Source of the DNA: an uncultured Candidatus Saccharibacteria bacterium
Lineage (GTDB): Bacteria; Patescibacteriota; Saccharimonadia; Saccharimonadales; 2-12-FULL-41-12
NCBI GenBank assembly: GCA_947085855.1
Contig: CAMTYB010000001.1
Span: 737,421-801,420 of the forward strand
Direction: 5' to 3'
Length of the DNA: 64,000 nt
The position numbers and the translations under genes were made by a program. This document shows, in pieces, positions 21,177 through 31,871 of this stretch (the first letter of the stretch is position 1; every line of letters begins with the position of its first letter). The notes below the pieces were generated by a model, which was not told where the DNA came from, ran no database searches, and saw nothing but the letters and a program-made list of their open reading frames with translations.

Positions 21177-23057
21177 ATGGACGCACAAACGATTCGCCAA
21201 CACTACATTGATTTCTTCAAAGCTAATGGCCATGCCCACATTCCACGGGCGCTGTTGGTGCCACAAAATGACCCGACCACACTCTTTACTGGCAGTGGCA
21301 TGCAGCCATTACTGCCGTACTTGTTGGGCAGTGAACACCCCGACGGTACGCGGTTAGTCGATAGTCAGACATGCTTGCGGGCGCAGGATATCGAAGAAGT
21401 TGGCGATACCAGCCATACGACCTTTTTTGAAATGCTCGGCAACTGGTCGCTTGGCGATTATTTTAAAGAACAGCAGATTCGCTGGTTCTTTAAATTCCTG
21501 GTAGATACAGTCGGCCTCGATCCACACAAGCTTTACGTCACCTGTTTTATTGGCGACGAGGAACAGGGTATCCCGCGCGATGATGAAGCAGCCAAAATCT
21601 GGCAAGAAGTCTTTAAAGAAAAGGGCATTGATGCCGAAATTGTCTCAATTGGCTCACAGGCAGATGGTGATAAAAAAGGTATGGGCACTGGTCGCATTTT
21701 CTTTTATGACGATGGCGAAAACTGGTGGAGTCGCGGTGGCGGTTTGGCTACAACCCCAGTGGGTGATCCATGTGGTCCGGACAGCGAAGTCTTTTATGAT
21801 TTCGGCGAAGATAGGCACGACAAAAGCTACGGGCTGGCGCATCCAGCCAGCGATGGTGGGCGCTTTATGGAGATCGGCAACCAGGTCTTTATGCAGTACA
21901 AGCGAACCGACACAGGCTTTGAACCGCTCGCTAACAAGAATGTTGACTTTGGTGGTGGCTTGGAACGAATTGCAGCGGCAGCTATTGATAGTCCTGACGT
22001 GTACAAGATTAGTCTGCTCTGGCCAATTATTGAAGAACTTGAAAAGCTGTCAGGCAAAACCTACGACTCCCATACCAACGCCATGCGCGTTATTGCTGAT
22101 CATTTAAGAGGCGCTACCTTCTTGGCAGTTGACGGAGTTCTGCCAAGTAACAAAGAGCAGGGTTACGTGGCTCGTCGTTTGGTGCGTCGCTCTATTCGAT
22201 TTGCTTTGGAATTGGGGATTGATCAAAATTTTCTCGAAACAATTATACCGGTGATTGCCGATATATATCACGATGACTATCCAGAAGTTGCCGAGCAGCG
22301 CCAGGCTGTACTTGAAGCGTTGGTTAAAGAAGAAAAAGTTTTCCGCCAAACGTTGCGCAAAGGCTTGCGCGAATTTGAAAAACTGGCTCGCAATGGCCAG
22401 ATTACCGGCGCAGATGTTTTTCAGTTATACGATACGTATGGTTTTCCGGTCGAATTAACTACTGAAGAGGCCTTTAAGCAAGATGTAAAACTTGATGATG
22501 GTTGGCGACAAGCATTTGATGCCAAAATGGAAGAACAACGCAAGCGCTCGCAAACTGCGGGCAAAGGCGTCTTTAAAGGTGGTCTAGCCGATCATTCTGA
22601 TGAAACAGTCAAATTGCACACAGCCACACACTTGGTTTATGAAGCTCTACGCCGAGTGCTCGGTGATCATGTGGTGCAGCGTGGCTCGAACATTACGCCC
22701 GAACGAACGCGCTTTGACTTTTCGCATGCTGAAAAAGTCAGCCAAGAGCAGCTGGATGAGGTTGAGGCCATAGTCAATGAGCAGATTGAAAAAGACCTCG
22801 CTGTAAGCTGGAAAGAATTGCCGACCGACGAAGCCTTTAAGCAAGGTGCCAAAGGTGCTTTTGGTGATAAATACGGCGACAAAGTTAAAGTGTATATCAT
22901 GACTGAAGAAGGCAAAGAGCCGTACAGTATTGAGATTTGCGGTGGCCCACACGTCGAGCATACTGGTGTGTTGGCCGAAGGTGGAAAGCGCTTTAAGATC
23001 ACTAAAGAAGAGGCCTCAAGTGCCGGTGTTCGGCGTATCAAGGGCGTTTTACAGTAG
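21177..23057 (+). CDS. alaS: alanine--tRNA ligase, short form (626 aa; catalytic, tRNA-binding and editing domains but no C-Ala domain)
   Basis: The N-terminus IRQHYIDFFKANGHAHIPRALLVPQNDPTLLFTGSGMQP is AlaRS-like. The editing-domain motifs HTATHLV and CGGPHV are present. The ORF ends about 25 aa after the CGGPHV motif. Confidence 0.88.
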   Translation: MDAQTIRQHYIDFFKANGHAHIPRALLVPQNDPTTLFTGSGMQPLLPYLLGSEHPDGTRLVDSQTCLRAQDIEEVGDTSHTTFFEMLGNWSLGDYFKEQQIRWFFKFLVDTVGLDPHKLYVTCFIGDEEQGIPRDDEAAKIWQEVFKEKGIDAEIVSIGSQADGDKKGMGTGRIFFYDDGENWWSRGGGLATTPVGDPCGPDSEVFYDFGEDRHDKSYGLAHPASDGGRFMEIGNQVFMQYKRTDTGFEPLANKNVDFGGGLERIAAAAIDSPDVYKISLLWPIIEELEKLSGKTYDSHTNAMRVIADHLRGATFLAVDGVLPSNKEQGYVARRLVRRSIRFALELGIDQNFLETIIPVIADIYHDDYPEVAEQRQAVLEALVKEEKVFRQTLRKGLREFEKLARNGQITGADVFQLYDTYGFPVELTTEEAFKQDVKLDDGWRQAFDAKMEEQRKRSQTAGKGVFKGGLADHSDETVKLHTATHLVYEALRRVLGDHVVQRGSNITPERTRFDFSHAEKVSQEQLDEVEAIVNEQIEKDLAVSWKELPTDEAFKQGAKGAFGDKYGDKVKVYIMTEEGKEPYSIEICGGPHVEHTGVLAEGGKRFKITKEEASSAGVRRIKGVLQ

Positions 23058-23086
23058 TAGATTCACCTAGATTGCGCCTCAAAAAG

Positions 23087-23095
23087 TGTTACAAT
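23087..23095 (+). promoter_or_regulatory. extended -10-like box TGTTACAAT, 11 nt upstream of the ATG at 23107
   Basis: A TGnTAnAAT match with no SD before the start. Confidence 0.4.
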
Positions 23096-23106
23096 AGAAG
23101 CTAGTT

Positions 23107-24405
23107 ATGCTTAGTAAAGTTAAGGCTGTCAAAGATCAGCTAATTGCGCAACGGGAGAATAGCCGTGCAGCACCAGAGCAACACATCGTTGCTCTTGATG
23201 TTGGTACCGAATTTGTAAAGGCTCTGATTGCTCGTATACATGGCTCAAAAGTAGAAATTGTCGGTGTTGGCCGAGCTCATCAGCAATTATCTGACATGCA
23301 GGCTGGTGCTATTGCCGACATTGGCAGTGTTGTTCAGAATTGTAATGATGCCCTCGCTCAAGCCGAGCAGCAAGCCGGTGTTAGTGTGCGTACAGCTATC
23401 CTTGGAATCGCTGGCGAGCTGGTCAAGGGTACTACTATTACAGTGCCATGTCGTCGTAAAGACCCTGAGCTCGAGATTGATATCTATGAAATGGAGCAAA
23501 TGATCAGCTTGGCCCAAGAACGGGCCAGCACCAAGGCCAAAGAAAATCTGGCCCTCGAACTTGGCCAACACCAGCCTGAGGTTCGCATGGTCAACAGCGC
23601 CTTAGTAGCAATTACAATCGATGGCTACCAAGTGACCAACCCAATCGGCTTTAAGGGTCGTGATGTCAAAATCCAGCTTTATACCGCCTTTGCGCCAATG
23701 ATTCACATTGCGGCATTGGAACGAGTTGCTAAAGAGCTCGATCTTGACCTGTTGGCTGTTGCAGCCGAGCCATTTGCGGTGGCTCGTTCGGTTATTGGTG
23801 ACAATCCGAACGCTACTATGAGCGCTGTCTTGATGGACGTCGGTGGCGGCACGACCGACATTGCTGTTGTGAACGACGGTGGTGTGCAGGGTACAAAGAT
23901 GTTTGGTATCGGTGGTCGGGCCTATACACGAGCGATTGAACGTGATCTCGGGGTTGATTTTGAGACAGCCGAGCAACTCAAAGTGGGCGATACCGACAAA
24001 GAGCCGACGGCTGCCCAAAAAACGGCAATTAATGGCGCCCTCGATAAAACGTGCGATGTTTGGGTAGCAGGTGTAGAGCTGGCACTCAGCGAATTTACCG
24101 AACTTGATAACATTCCGCACCGAATCATGTTGTGTGGCGGCGGTGCTAGTTTAAAGAACTTAACTCAGGCGCTCAAAGAAACCAATTGGTATGCCGAAGT
24201 GCCCTTTACGCGTAAACCAACTGTAGCGTTCATTACTCCTAATCAGATAGCTGACATCAAAGATTCAACTGGGGACGTCACAGACCATACATTCGTTACG
24301 GCTATGGGCTTATTGAGAGTCGGTGCTGACACCTTACAGCAACAAAATAGTCAACCAGAAGGTGGGACAATCCGCGAAAGACTTGATAGGATATTACGAG
24401 TATGA
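23107..24405 (+). CDS. FtsA-like actin-fold ATPase
   Basis: 432 aa with the phosphate-1 motif VALDVGTEFVKAL, the phosphate-2 motif VLMDVGGGTTDIAVV and ...MLCGGGASL. The overall layout is FtsA/PilM-like. Confidence 0.7.
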   Translation: MLSKVKAVKDQLIAQRENSRAAPEQHIVALDVGTEFVKALIARIHGSKVEIVGVGRAHQQLSDMQAGAIADIGSVVQNCNDALAQAEQQAGVSVRTAILGIAGELVKGTTITVPCRRKDPELEIDIYEMEQMISLAQERASTKAKENLALELGQHQPEVRMVNSALVAITIDGYQVTNPIGFKGRDVKIQLYTAFAPMIHIAALERVAKELDLDLLAVAAEPFAVARSVIGDNPNATMSAVLMDVGGGTTDIAVVNDGGVQGTKMFGIGGRAYTRAIERDLGVDFETAEQLKVGDTDKEPTAAQKTAINGALDKTCDVWVAGVELALSEFTELDNIPHRIMLCGGGASLKNLTQALKETNWYAEVPFTRKPTVAFITPNQIADIKDSTGDVTDHTFVTAMGLLRVGADTLQQQNSQPEGGTIRERLDRILRV

Positions 24406-26105
24406 GCGCAGCACCAAACGGTTCCAAAAAGAAAACAATCTACATAGACGTCGACGAAGAAATAACGGGCATTATCGATAAAGTTCGATCTTCCAGCGAG
24501 TCAATTGTTGCCTTGGTATTGCCAAAGAGAGCTACTCAGCTGCAGTCAGTCGTTAATATGAAGCTGCTTAAGCGAACAGTCGACCAAACCGATAAAAAAG
24601 TTGTCCTTATCACCTCTGAAGCCAAGCTGTTGCCACTGGCTGGCGCAGCCGGACTATTTGTGGCGCCAAACCTACAATCTAGACCATATGTACCAGCCTT
24701 GCCAGGCGAAGCACCCCAGGGTCCTGTTATTGATGACGACGAAAGTTCGGCGTCAGATGACGGCAAGCCAGTTGATCCAGCAACTCCTGTAGGCGAAGCG
24801 GCCGGTCTGAGTTCAGATGAAACGGATCCAATTGAAATTGACAATCGACCACCTGAACCGGAGTCAGCAGCCACCAAAGGTGCCGGCAAAAAAGGTAAAG
24901 GTGCCAAAGATAAGAGCAAAAAAGTGCCCAACTTTCAAAAGTTTCGCTGGCGCTTGTTTGCCGGTATTGCTGCCGGAGTAGCACTCCTCCTGTTTATTAT
25001 CTGGGCAATTGCGTTTGCGCCAAAAGCTAAAGTAACTCTCCGTACCGAGAGTAAGGAAGTAAACGTTACAGCTAACTTTACTGCCGATCTACAAGCCGAT
25101 TCAGTCGACACCTCTGACAAGACTTTGCCAGCCACCAAGAAAGAAGTTAAAAAGACTGAAAGTGAAAAAGTAGCAGCAACCGGACAAAGAGATGTTGGCA
25201 CTAAAGCCAGCGGCAATGTGTCATTGCGCAACTGTACGGACAAAGCTGTCACCATACCAGCTGGAACAGGCGTCAGTAACGGCAGCCTTACCTTTGTTAC
25301 TCAGGCAGCTGTGCGCTTGGATGAGGGTGAATTCTCGAGCCCAAGCAGTGGTGGTCAATGTCGTTCGACTGGTGATCACGTTGGTACGGCTAGTGTAGTC
25401 GCTCAAAATAATGGCGAACAATATAACCTGAGCTCTCGAGCATATACGATTGCTGGTTTCTCTGGAGTGATTGCCCAAGGTGATCAGATGAGCGGCGGAA
25501 CCACCAAAATGGTGAAAATTGTGTCACAAACCGATGTTGATAATGCCAAAAAGCGGATTACCGACAAGCAGAACAGCGTTGTATCAGAGCTAAAAGAAGC
25601 GCTCGAAAAAGAGGGTTACGTTGGCTTAGTCGATAGCTTCAGTGCTGGCAATCCTAACCTGTCAGCCACACCGGCAGTTAACACCGAAGCCAGCGATGTT
25701 GTAGTATCGGGAGATATTACCTACAGTATGATTGGCGTTAAAGAAGATGACCTGAAGAAAATCGTTGAAGAGCAGGCCAAAGGTGACATCGACACTTCTA
25801 AACAAAAAGTACTTGATTACGGCTTCGACGAAGCTACCTTTGAGCTCGGTAGGAAAACTGCCAATACTACAGCTGTAACTGTTAAGACTACGATTGTGGT
25901 TGGTCCAGAAATCGATCAGACTGCGCTCAAACAAGAGTTAGCCGGCAAGAAGAAGGGTGATGCTGAAGAGCTTCTAAAGAGTCGACCGGGTGTAACAGAG
26001 GTCAAAGTCGAAACGAGTCCGTTCTGGTCGGGCAAGGTCCCGGGCAAAGAATCCCGCGTTATCTTTATAATTGAACAGGCCGATGGCAAGCAAATTACCC
26101 CTTAA
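24402..26105 (+). CDS. bitopic membrane protein of unknown function, translationally coupled to the ftsA-like gene
   Basis: 567 aa, joined by an ATGA overlap. It has a ~100-aa folded cytosolic N-domain, a Pro/Asp/Glu/Gly-rich linker, the TM helix LFAGIAAGVALLLFIIWAIAFA and a ~360-aa ectodomain. Confidence 0.6.
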   Translation: MSAAPNGSKKKTIYIDVDEEITGIIDKVRSSSESIVALVLPKRATQLQSVVNMKLLKRTVDQTDKKVVLITSEAKLLPLAGAAGLFVAPNLQSRPYVPALPGEAPQGPVIDDDESSASDDGKPVDPATPVGEAAGLSSDETDPIEIDNRPPEPESAATKGAGKKGKGAKDKSKKVPNFQKFRWRLFAGIAAGVALLLFIIWAIAFAPKAKVTLRTESKEVNVTANFTADLQADSVDTSDKTLPATKKEVKKTESEKVAATGQRDVGTKASGNVSLRNCTDKAVTIPAGTGVSNGSLTFVTQAAVRLDEGEFSSPSSGGQCRSTGDHVGTASVVAQNNGEQYNLSSRAYTIAGFSGVIAQGDQMSGGTTKMVKIVSQTDVDNAKKRITDKQNSVVSELKEALEKEGYVGLVDSFSAGNPNLSATPAVNTEASDVVVSGDITYSMIGVKEDDLKKIVEEQAKGDIDTSKQKVLDYGFDEATFELGRKTANTTAVTVKTTIVVGPEIDQTALKQELAGKKKGDAEELLKSRPGVTEVKVETSPFWSGKVPGKESRVIFIIEQADGKQITP

Positions 26106-26511
26106 CGGCTACATTCTAGGTCTCGATGTTGGTGGTAAGAGGATAGGTACGGCGCTGGCTAGTGTTATTGCCCGCTTGCCTCAACCAGGGGTAACTCTTG
26201 ACGCTACCGATGACCCGATTGGCAAAATCAAGGCCATGGTAAACCATGAAGATATCCAGTTGGTTGTCGTTGGTTTACCTCGCAATTTAGAAGGCCTGGA
26301 AACTGCCCAAAGTCAGCAAATTCGTCAATTTACCGATGAATTACGGAAAGCAATCAGTGTTCCTATCGAATTTGCCGATGAATCATTGAGCTCAGTTAGA
26401 GCAGATACGCTGAGCCATGACACATCCTTCAAGAATGTCAGTCGTGACTCCTTGGCAGCTTGTTTCATCTTGGAAGAATTTTTTGAAAACACTACAATAG
26501 AGACAGAGTAA
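26083..26511 (+). CDS. ruvX: Holliday-junction resolvase-like nuclease RuvX/YqgF
   Basis: ILGLDVGGKRIGTALAS and VVGLPRNLEG...ETAQS. I prefer the ATG at 26083 over the TTG at 26071. Confidence 0.8.
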   Translation: MASKLPLNGYILGLDVGGKRIGTALASVIARLPQPGVTLDATDDPIGKIKAMVNHEDIQLVVVGLPRNLEGLETAQSQQIRQFTDELRKAISVPIEFADESLSSVRADTLSHDTSFKNVSRDSLAACFILEEFFENTTIETE

Positions 26512-26520
26512 AGGAGCTTT

Positions 26521-27570
26521 ATGAACGTTCACCGCAATCGATCCCGCCAATCACGCATAAAGGTATATATTGTTGCCGGCATTGCTATTCTGATAGTCCT
26601 TCTTGTTGTAGGAGTGGGTTTTATCCGTAAAACCTACCTCGATAATCTCAAGCCGGTCAGTAACCTCCAGCAGGCACATGTGGTCACGATCGCACCCGGC
26701 AGCACTTCTTCGGAAATTGCCGATAATCTGTATGCTAAGAAGGCAATCAGGAGTGATTGGGCCTTTGAATGGTATATTCGAAACCACCAGTTGCGAGATC
26801 AGCTCAAGGCAGGCACGTACGTGGTGTACGAGTCTCAATCTGTTCAAGAAATAGTCAAAACCCTGGTAAGCGGCAAAGAGGCGACTGACTTGGTGACGAT
26901 TCTCCCAGGTAAACGACTTGGTCAGATACGCGATGCGCTTATCAAGGCTGATTTTAAAGCCGAAGAGGTTGACGCTGCCCTTGAACCGACCCAGTATGCA
27001 GAGCACCCGGCTCTAACAGATAAGCCAGCTGACGCAAACCTTGAGGGTTACCTCTATCCCGAAAGTTTCCAAAAAACCGCTCAAACGACGCCTCAAGAGG
27101 TTATAAAGCAATCTTTAGACCAGATGCAGCTCCGGTTAACGCCAGAAATCCGTCAAGCCTACTCAAAACAGGGCCTAACAGTGCATCAGGCGGTCATTTT
27201 GGCCTCGATCGTGGAACAGGAGGTTAGTAATGCTCCCGACAGGGCTCAGGTGGCACAAGTGTTCCTAAAGCGCTACAAAGATAACATGTCACTCGGATCT
27301 GACCCCACGGCCTTCTATGGGGCGATTATGGACGGTCAACCTGCCTCTGTGCTCTATGATTCACCGTATAACACTCGTATGCACGCTGGATTACCTCCTG
27401 GACCCATCGGTAACGCCTCGGAGAGCTCTCTGAAAGCGGTTGCATTTCCGGCTCAAACAGATTGGGTGTACTTCGTGGCTGGTGATGATGGCAAGACCCA
27501 CTTCTCAAAAACCCTTCAAGAGCACGAGGATTTGACCAGACGCTACTGTACCAAGCTCTGTGGCCAATAG
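26521..27570 (+). CDS. mltG: endolytic murein transglycosylase MltG (YceG-like)
   Basis: 349 aa with an N-terminal TM helix. It carries LASIVEQE around the catalytic Glu, and the motifs YNTRMHAGLPPGPIGN. Confidence 0.85.
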   Translation: MNVHRNRSRQSRIKVYIVAGIAILIVLLVVGVGFIRKTYLDNLKPVSNLQQAHVVTIAPGSTSSEIADNLYAKKAIRSDWAFEWYIRNHQLRDQLKAGTYVVYESQSVQEIVKTLVSGKEATDLVTILPGKRLGQIRDALIKADFKAEEVDAALEPTQYAEHPALTDKPADANLEGYLYPESFQKTAQTTPQEVIKQSLDQMQLRLTPEIRQAYSKQGLTVHQAVILASIVEQEVSNAPDRAQVAQVFLKRYKDNMSLGSDPTAFYGAIMDGQPASVLYDSPYNTRMHAGLPPGPIGNASESSLKAVAFPAQTDWVYFVAGDDGKTHFSKTLQEHEDLTRRYCTKLCGQ

Positions 27571-27586
27571 CTTAACAGAGGTCAAA

Positions 27587-27620
27587 GCATAAAAACTACT
27601 TGATTTTATGCCACTTTTTT
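27587..27620 (+). terminator. AT-rich hairpin with a T-run downstream of mltG
   Basis: GCATAAAA (27587-94) pairs with TTTTATGC (27604-11) around a 9-nt loop, followed by CAC and TTTTTT (27615-20). Confidence 0.45.
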
Positions 27621-27806
27621 GATAAAATAGAGCCTGCAGTAATGAAAGATTGTTACTAATTTTTTACTACTGTTCCTTTTGCACTTAACATCACGAATTA
27701 CGCAATGTGTTTCTCGAGTCTTTCGCGAGACGCTAACAGAGCATGTTGTTTTAATATTAACTAATGCCAAGTGCAGAGGATAGGCATCCCAAGACAGTAA
27801 CTATTA

Positions 27807-29009
27807 TTGTCTGGTGCCGGGAGAACGCATATTCGTAATCTCATTGCCATTGCAGGTTCCCGTCCTAAACCTCGTCCTGCCAGCACCTCAACAGGTCTGA
27901 TCAGCCGATCGTATCGGCGCCTCAATAAAAAGACTAAAAAGCGACTCGTTCGCTTTTCTCTTGTTTTCGCTAATGTAGCTCTTGTTGCATTAGTTGGCTT
28001 TGCTGTAGTTGGTTTTCCTGCTGATGAGAGTAATCAGAGTGGTCTTGAGTCAGCTCGAGCCCAGTCAGTTATTGCGGATGATGAAGCAAACAAAGCACAG
28101 CCACTCGATAAGCTTGCTGCCACAGATGTAGCAGTTCATATTTCTCGTCTGGTACGGATGGAAGAATCGACCGCTGTTACTAACAAGGCCGATACAGCGA
28201 CGGTTCAGTTGGCCGTATCTTCATCTGACGACCAGGTTATATCCAAGCCGCAAATTGTCTCAACTGGCCTTAAGTCCAAGAAAGACATTCGTGTTCACAC
28301 GGTAGCGGCTGGCGAATCGGTTACCTCGATTGCTAATAAGTACGGCCTTACCCCTGATACCGTTCGATTTTCAAACGGTTTGAGCGGTGATGACGTAGCA
28401 GCTGGACGCCAGCTGACCATTAGCCCGGTTAACGGCATTACGTACACTGTCAAAGATGGTGACACGCCCGATTCTTTGGCAGCTCGCTACAATGTTGCCA
28501 AAGTCCAGCTGATTGCCTTTAATGACGCCGAAATTACTGGTAGCTTCCGAGTTGGTGAGACGATCGTTATTCCTGACGCTATTCAGCCAAATGACGTGCG
28601 TACTGCCTCATATGGCCGTGGGGTCGGAGGCTATACGAATGCCGCTGGTGGCTTTGCCTTTGGCGGTGCTGCCATTTACGGTGGTAATGGCTACGACTTT
28701 GGTTGGTGTACCTGGCACGCGGCTAATCGTCGAATTCAAGTTGGCAAACCATTGCCGACAAACCTCGGTAACGCTATCTCTTGGTTAAGTGCCGCTCGTC
28801 GTGCTGGATTGTCGACCGGTAATACTCCGCAGGAACACGCGGTCGTGTACCATAAGAATATTGGCGGATTGGGTCACGTTGCTTTTGTAGAAAAAGTTAA
28901 TGCTGATGGATCGGCCTTGGTGTCTGACATGAACTATCCAACGTGGGGCAGGGTGACTACCCGAACTGTTCAACCGAGTGAATTTGGCAATTATGCCTTT
29001 ATATATTAA
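27807..29009 (+). CDS. peptidoglycan hydrolase with an N-terminal TM anchor, 2x LysM and a C-terminal CHAP domain
   Basis: LysM repeats HTVAAGESVTSIANKYGLTPDTVRFSNGL... and YTVKDGDTPDSLAARYNVAKVQLIAFND.... The CHAP Cys is at GWCTWHAANRR and the His at GHVAFVEKV. There is no in-frame ATG near the 5' end (TTG at 27807), so the start is uncertain. Confidence 0.78.
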   Translation: MSGAGRTHIRNLIAIAGSRPKPRPASTSTGLISRSYRRLNKKTKKRLVRFSLVFANVALVALVGFAVVGFPADESNQSGLESARAQSVIADDEANKAQPLDKLAATDVAVHISRLVRMEESTAVTNKADTATVQLAVSSSDDQVISKPQIVSTGLKSKKDIRVHTVAAGESVTSIANKYGLTPDTVRFSNGLSGDDVAAGRQLTISPVNGITYTVKDGDTPDSLAARYNVAKVQLIAFNDAEITGSFRVGETIVIPDAIQPNDVRTASYGRGVGGYTNAAGGFAFGGAAIYGGNGYDFGWCTWHAANRRIQVGKPLPTNLGNAISWLSAARRAGLSTGNTPQEHAVVYHKNIGGLGHVAFVEKVNADGSALVSDMNYPTWGRVTTRTVQPSEFGNYAFIY

Positions 29010-29041
29010 AATAAGTAATACGAATCCATACACTAAGTTAA

Positions 29042-30355
<1,314 letters not shown>

Positions 30356-30416
30356 ATTTCTTATCTCGCCAGGTTACATAAAAAATTAATAAGGCGATGC
30401 TACACTAAAGGGACAT

Positions 30417-31868
30417 ATGGCGCAGACATTCTTTTTTTATGATCTAGAAACCAGTGGAGTTAACCCACGTTCATCACGCATCATGCAGTTTGCTGGGCAG
30501 CGTACGGACGCTGATCTGAATCCGATTGGCGAGCCTTACAACATCCTGGTCAAGTTAAGTGCGGACATTTTGCCGGACCCATACGCAGTATTGCTAACTG
30601 GTATTACGCCGCAGCAAACCCTACAGGATGGCATCACCGAAGCCGAGTTTTGCGAGTTGTTTATGAAAGAGATTGTCCAGCCGGATACGATATTTGTTGG
30701 CTTTAATACGGTGCGCTTTGATGATGAGTTTATGCGATTTTTACTATATCGCAATTTCTACGACCCGTATGCGTGGCAATGGAAAGATGGTTGTAGTCGA
30801 TGGGATTTACTCGATGTCGTACGCATGACCAGAGCCTTGCGCCCAAGCGATATTGTATGGCCAGTTGATCCCGAAACTAAGGCACCAACCAATCGCCTCG
30901 AGCTATTAACGGCCCAAAATAACTTATTACACGAGGCAGCACATGATGCCCTCAGTGATGTCCATGCTACCATAGCGGTCGCCAAACTATTGCGGACCAA
31001 GCAGGCAAAGCTATTCGACTACTTACTATCAATAAGACAAAAGCAAAAAGTTAGCGAATTCTTAAAAAATAATAAAACGTTTGTTTATTCTAGTGGGCGC
31101 TTTTCAAGTGATTATGAAAAAACAACTATTGTTAGTACACTCGGACCACATCCAACCAGCCAATCTGTTTTAGTCTATAACGTGCGACATGACCCAACGC
31201 CATTTCTAAATATGTCAGTCGAACAGCTGGCTGAGGCATGGCGCTATACCAAAGATAAAACGGTGCTGCGTCTACCGGTCAAGGCCCTACAGTTTAACCG
31301 AGTACCGGCAATTGCACCGCTGGGTGTCCTTGATGATGCGAGTAAAGAGCGGTTACAGGTTGACATGGATGAAATCAATCGGCACAACAAACTATTGGCT
31401 GCTCATCCTGATTTTTATGACAAGGTTGCTGCTACCATTGAGCACATCAATGCTGCTAGAGATACTAAAGAAGTCAAAGCTGTTGCCGGTCGAGCCAAAC
31501 CTGTTGACGAGCAGCTATATGACGCCTTTATCCCAGACGGAGACCGCCTTGTAAGCGAAAAGATTCATACTGCTAAGCCTGATGAGATACGTACGTTCAA
31601 GGATTCTTTTCAAGATAAACGACTCAAGCAACTGGCGCCACTTTATATGGCCCGGAATTTTCCGCAGACGCTCAATGATGATGAGCGGGTTGCGTGGGAA
31701 AAGCACTGTCAGCAGGTCTTGGTATCAGGTGGTGCTCAGAGTCGCTTGGCCCAATTCTTCAATCAGCTACAAGAAGTTAGTCAAACCAAAACTGATAGCA
31801 AGAGCCATTTTTTGATTGAAGAGCTTCGTTTGTACGGCGAAAGCCTGGTACCTGAACTCGAGGGCTAA
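30417..31868 (+). CDS. sbcB: exodeoxyribonuclease I
   Basis: 483 aa with the DEDDh motif I FFFYDLETSGVNP...RIMQFAGQRTD and, later, HDALSDV. Confidence 0.85.
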   Translation: MAQTFFFYDLETSGVNPRSSRIMQFAGQRTDADLNPIGEPYNILVKLSADILPDPYAVLLTGITPQQTLQDGITEAEFCELFMKEIVQPDTIFVGFNTVRFDDEFMRFLLYRNFYDPYAWQWKDGCSRWDLLDVVRMTRALRPSDIVWPVDPETKAPTNRLELLTAQNNLLHEAAHDALSDVHATIAVAKLLRTKQAKLFDYLLSIRQKQKVSEFLKNNKTFVYSSGRFSSDYEKTTIVSTLGPHPTSQSVLVYNVRHDPTPFLNMSVEQLAEAWRYTKDKTVLRLPVKALQFNRVPAIAPLGVLDDASKERLQVDMDEINRHNKLLAAHPDFYDKVAATIEHINAARDTKEVKAVAGRAKPVDEQLYDAFIPDGDRLVSEKIHTAKPDEIRTFKDSFQDKRLKQLAPLYMARNFPQTLNDDERVAWEKHCQQVLVSGGAQSRLAQFFNQLQEVSQTKTDSKSHFLIEELRLYGESLVPELEG

Positions 31869-31871
31869 GTC

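Noticed and set aside
23602-24931. Large antisense ORFs (23602..24120, 172 aa; 24536..24931, 131 aa; 24935..25255, 106 aa) opposite the ftsA-like gene and its partner.
   Set aside because: They are shadow ORFs inside long, motif-supported plus-strand genes. Similar cases were rejected for the same reason: 26551..27006, 40557..41042, 41714..42118, 46285..46614, 35150..35500 and 15155..15517.
27621-27806. A cyclic-di-AMP (ydaO) riboswitch upstream of the LysM-CHAP hydrolase.
   Set aside because: I could not find the conserved G-rich, ACGGGG/CCCGA-type pseudo-symmetric core elements by eye. It is retained only as a generic possible cis-regulatory leader.
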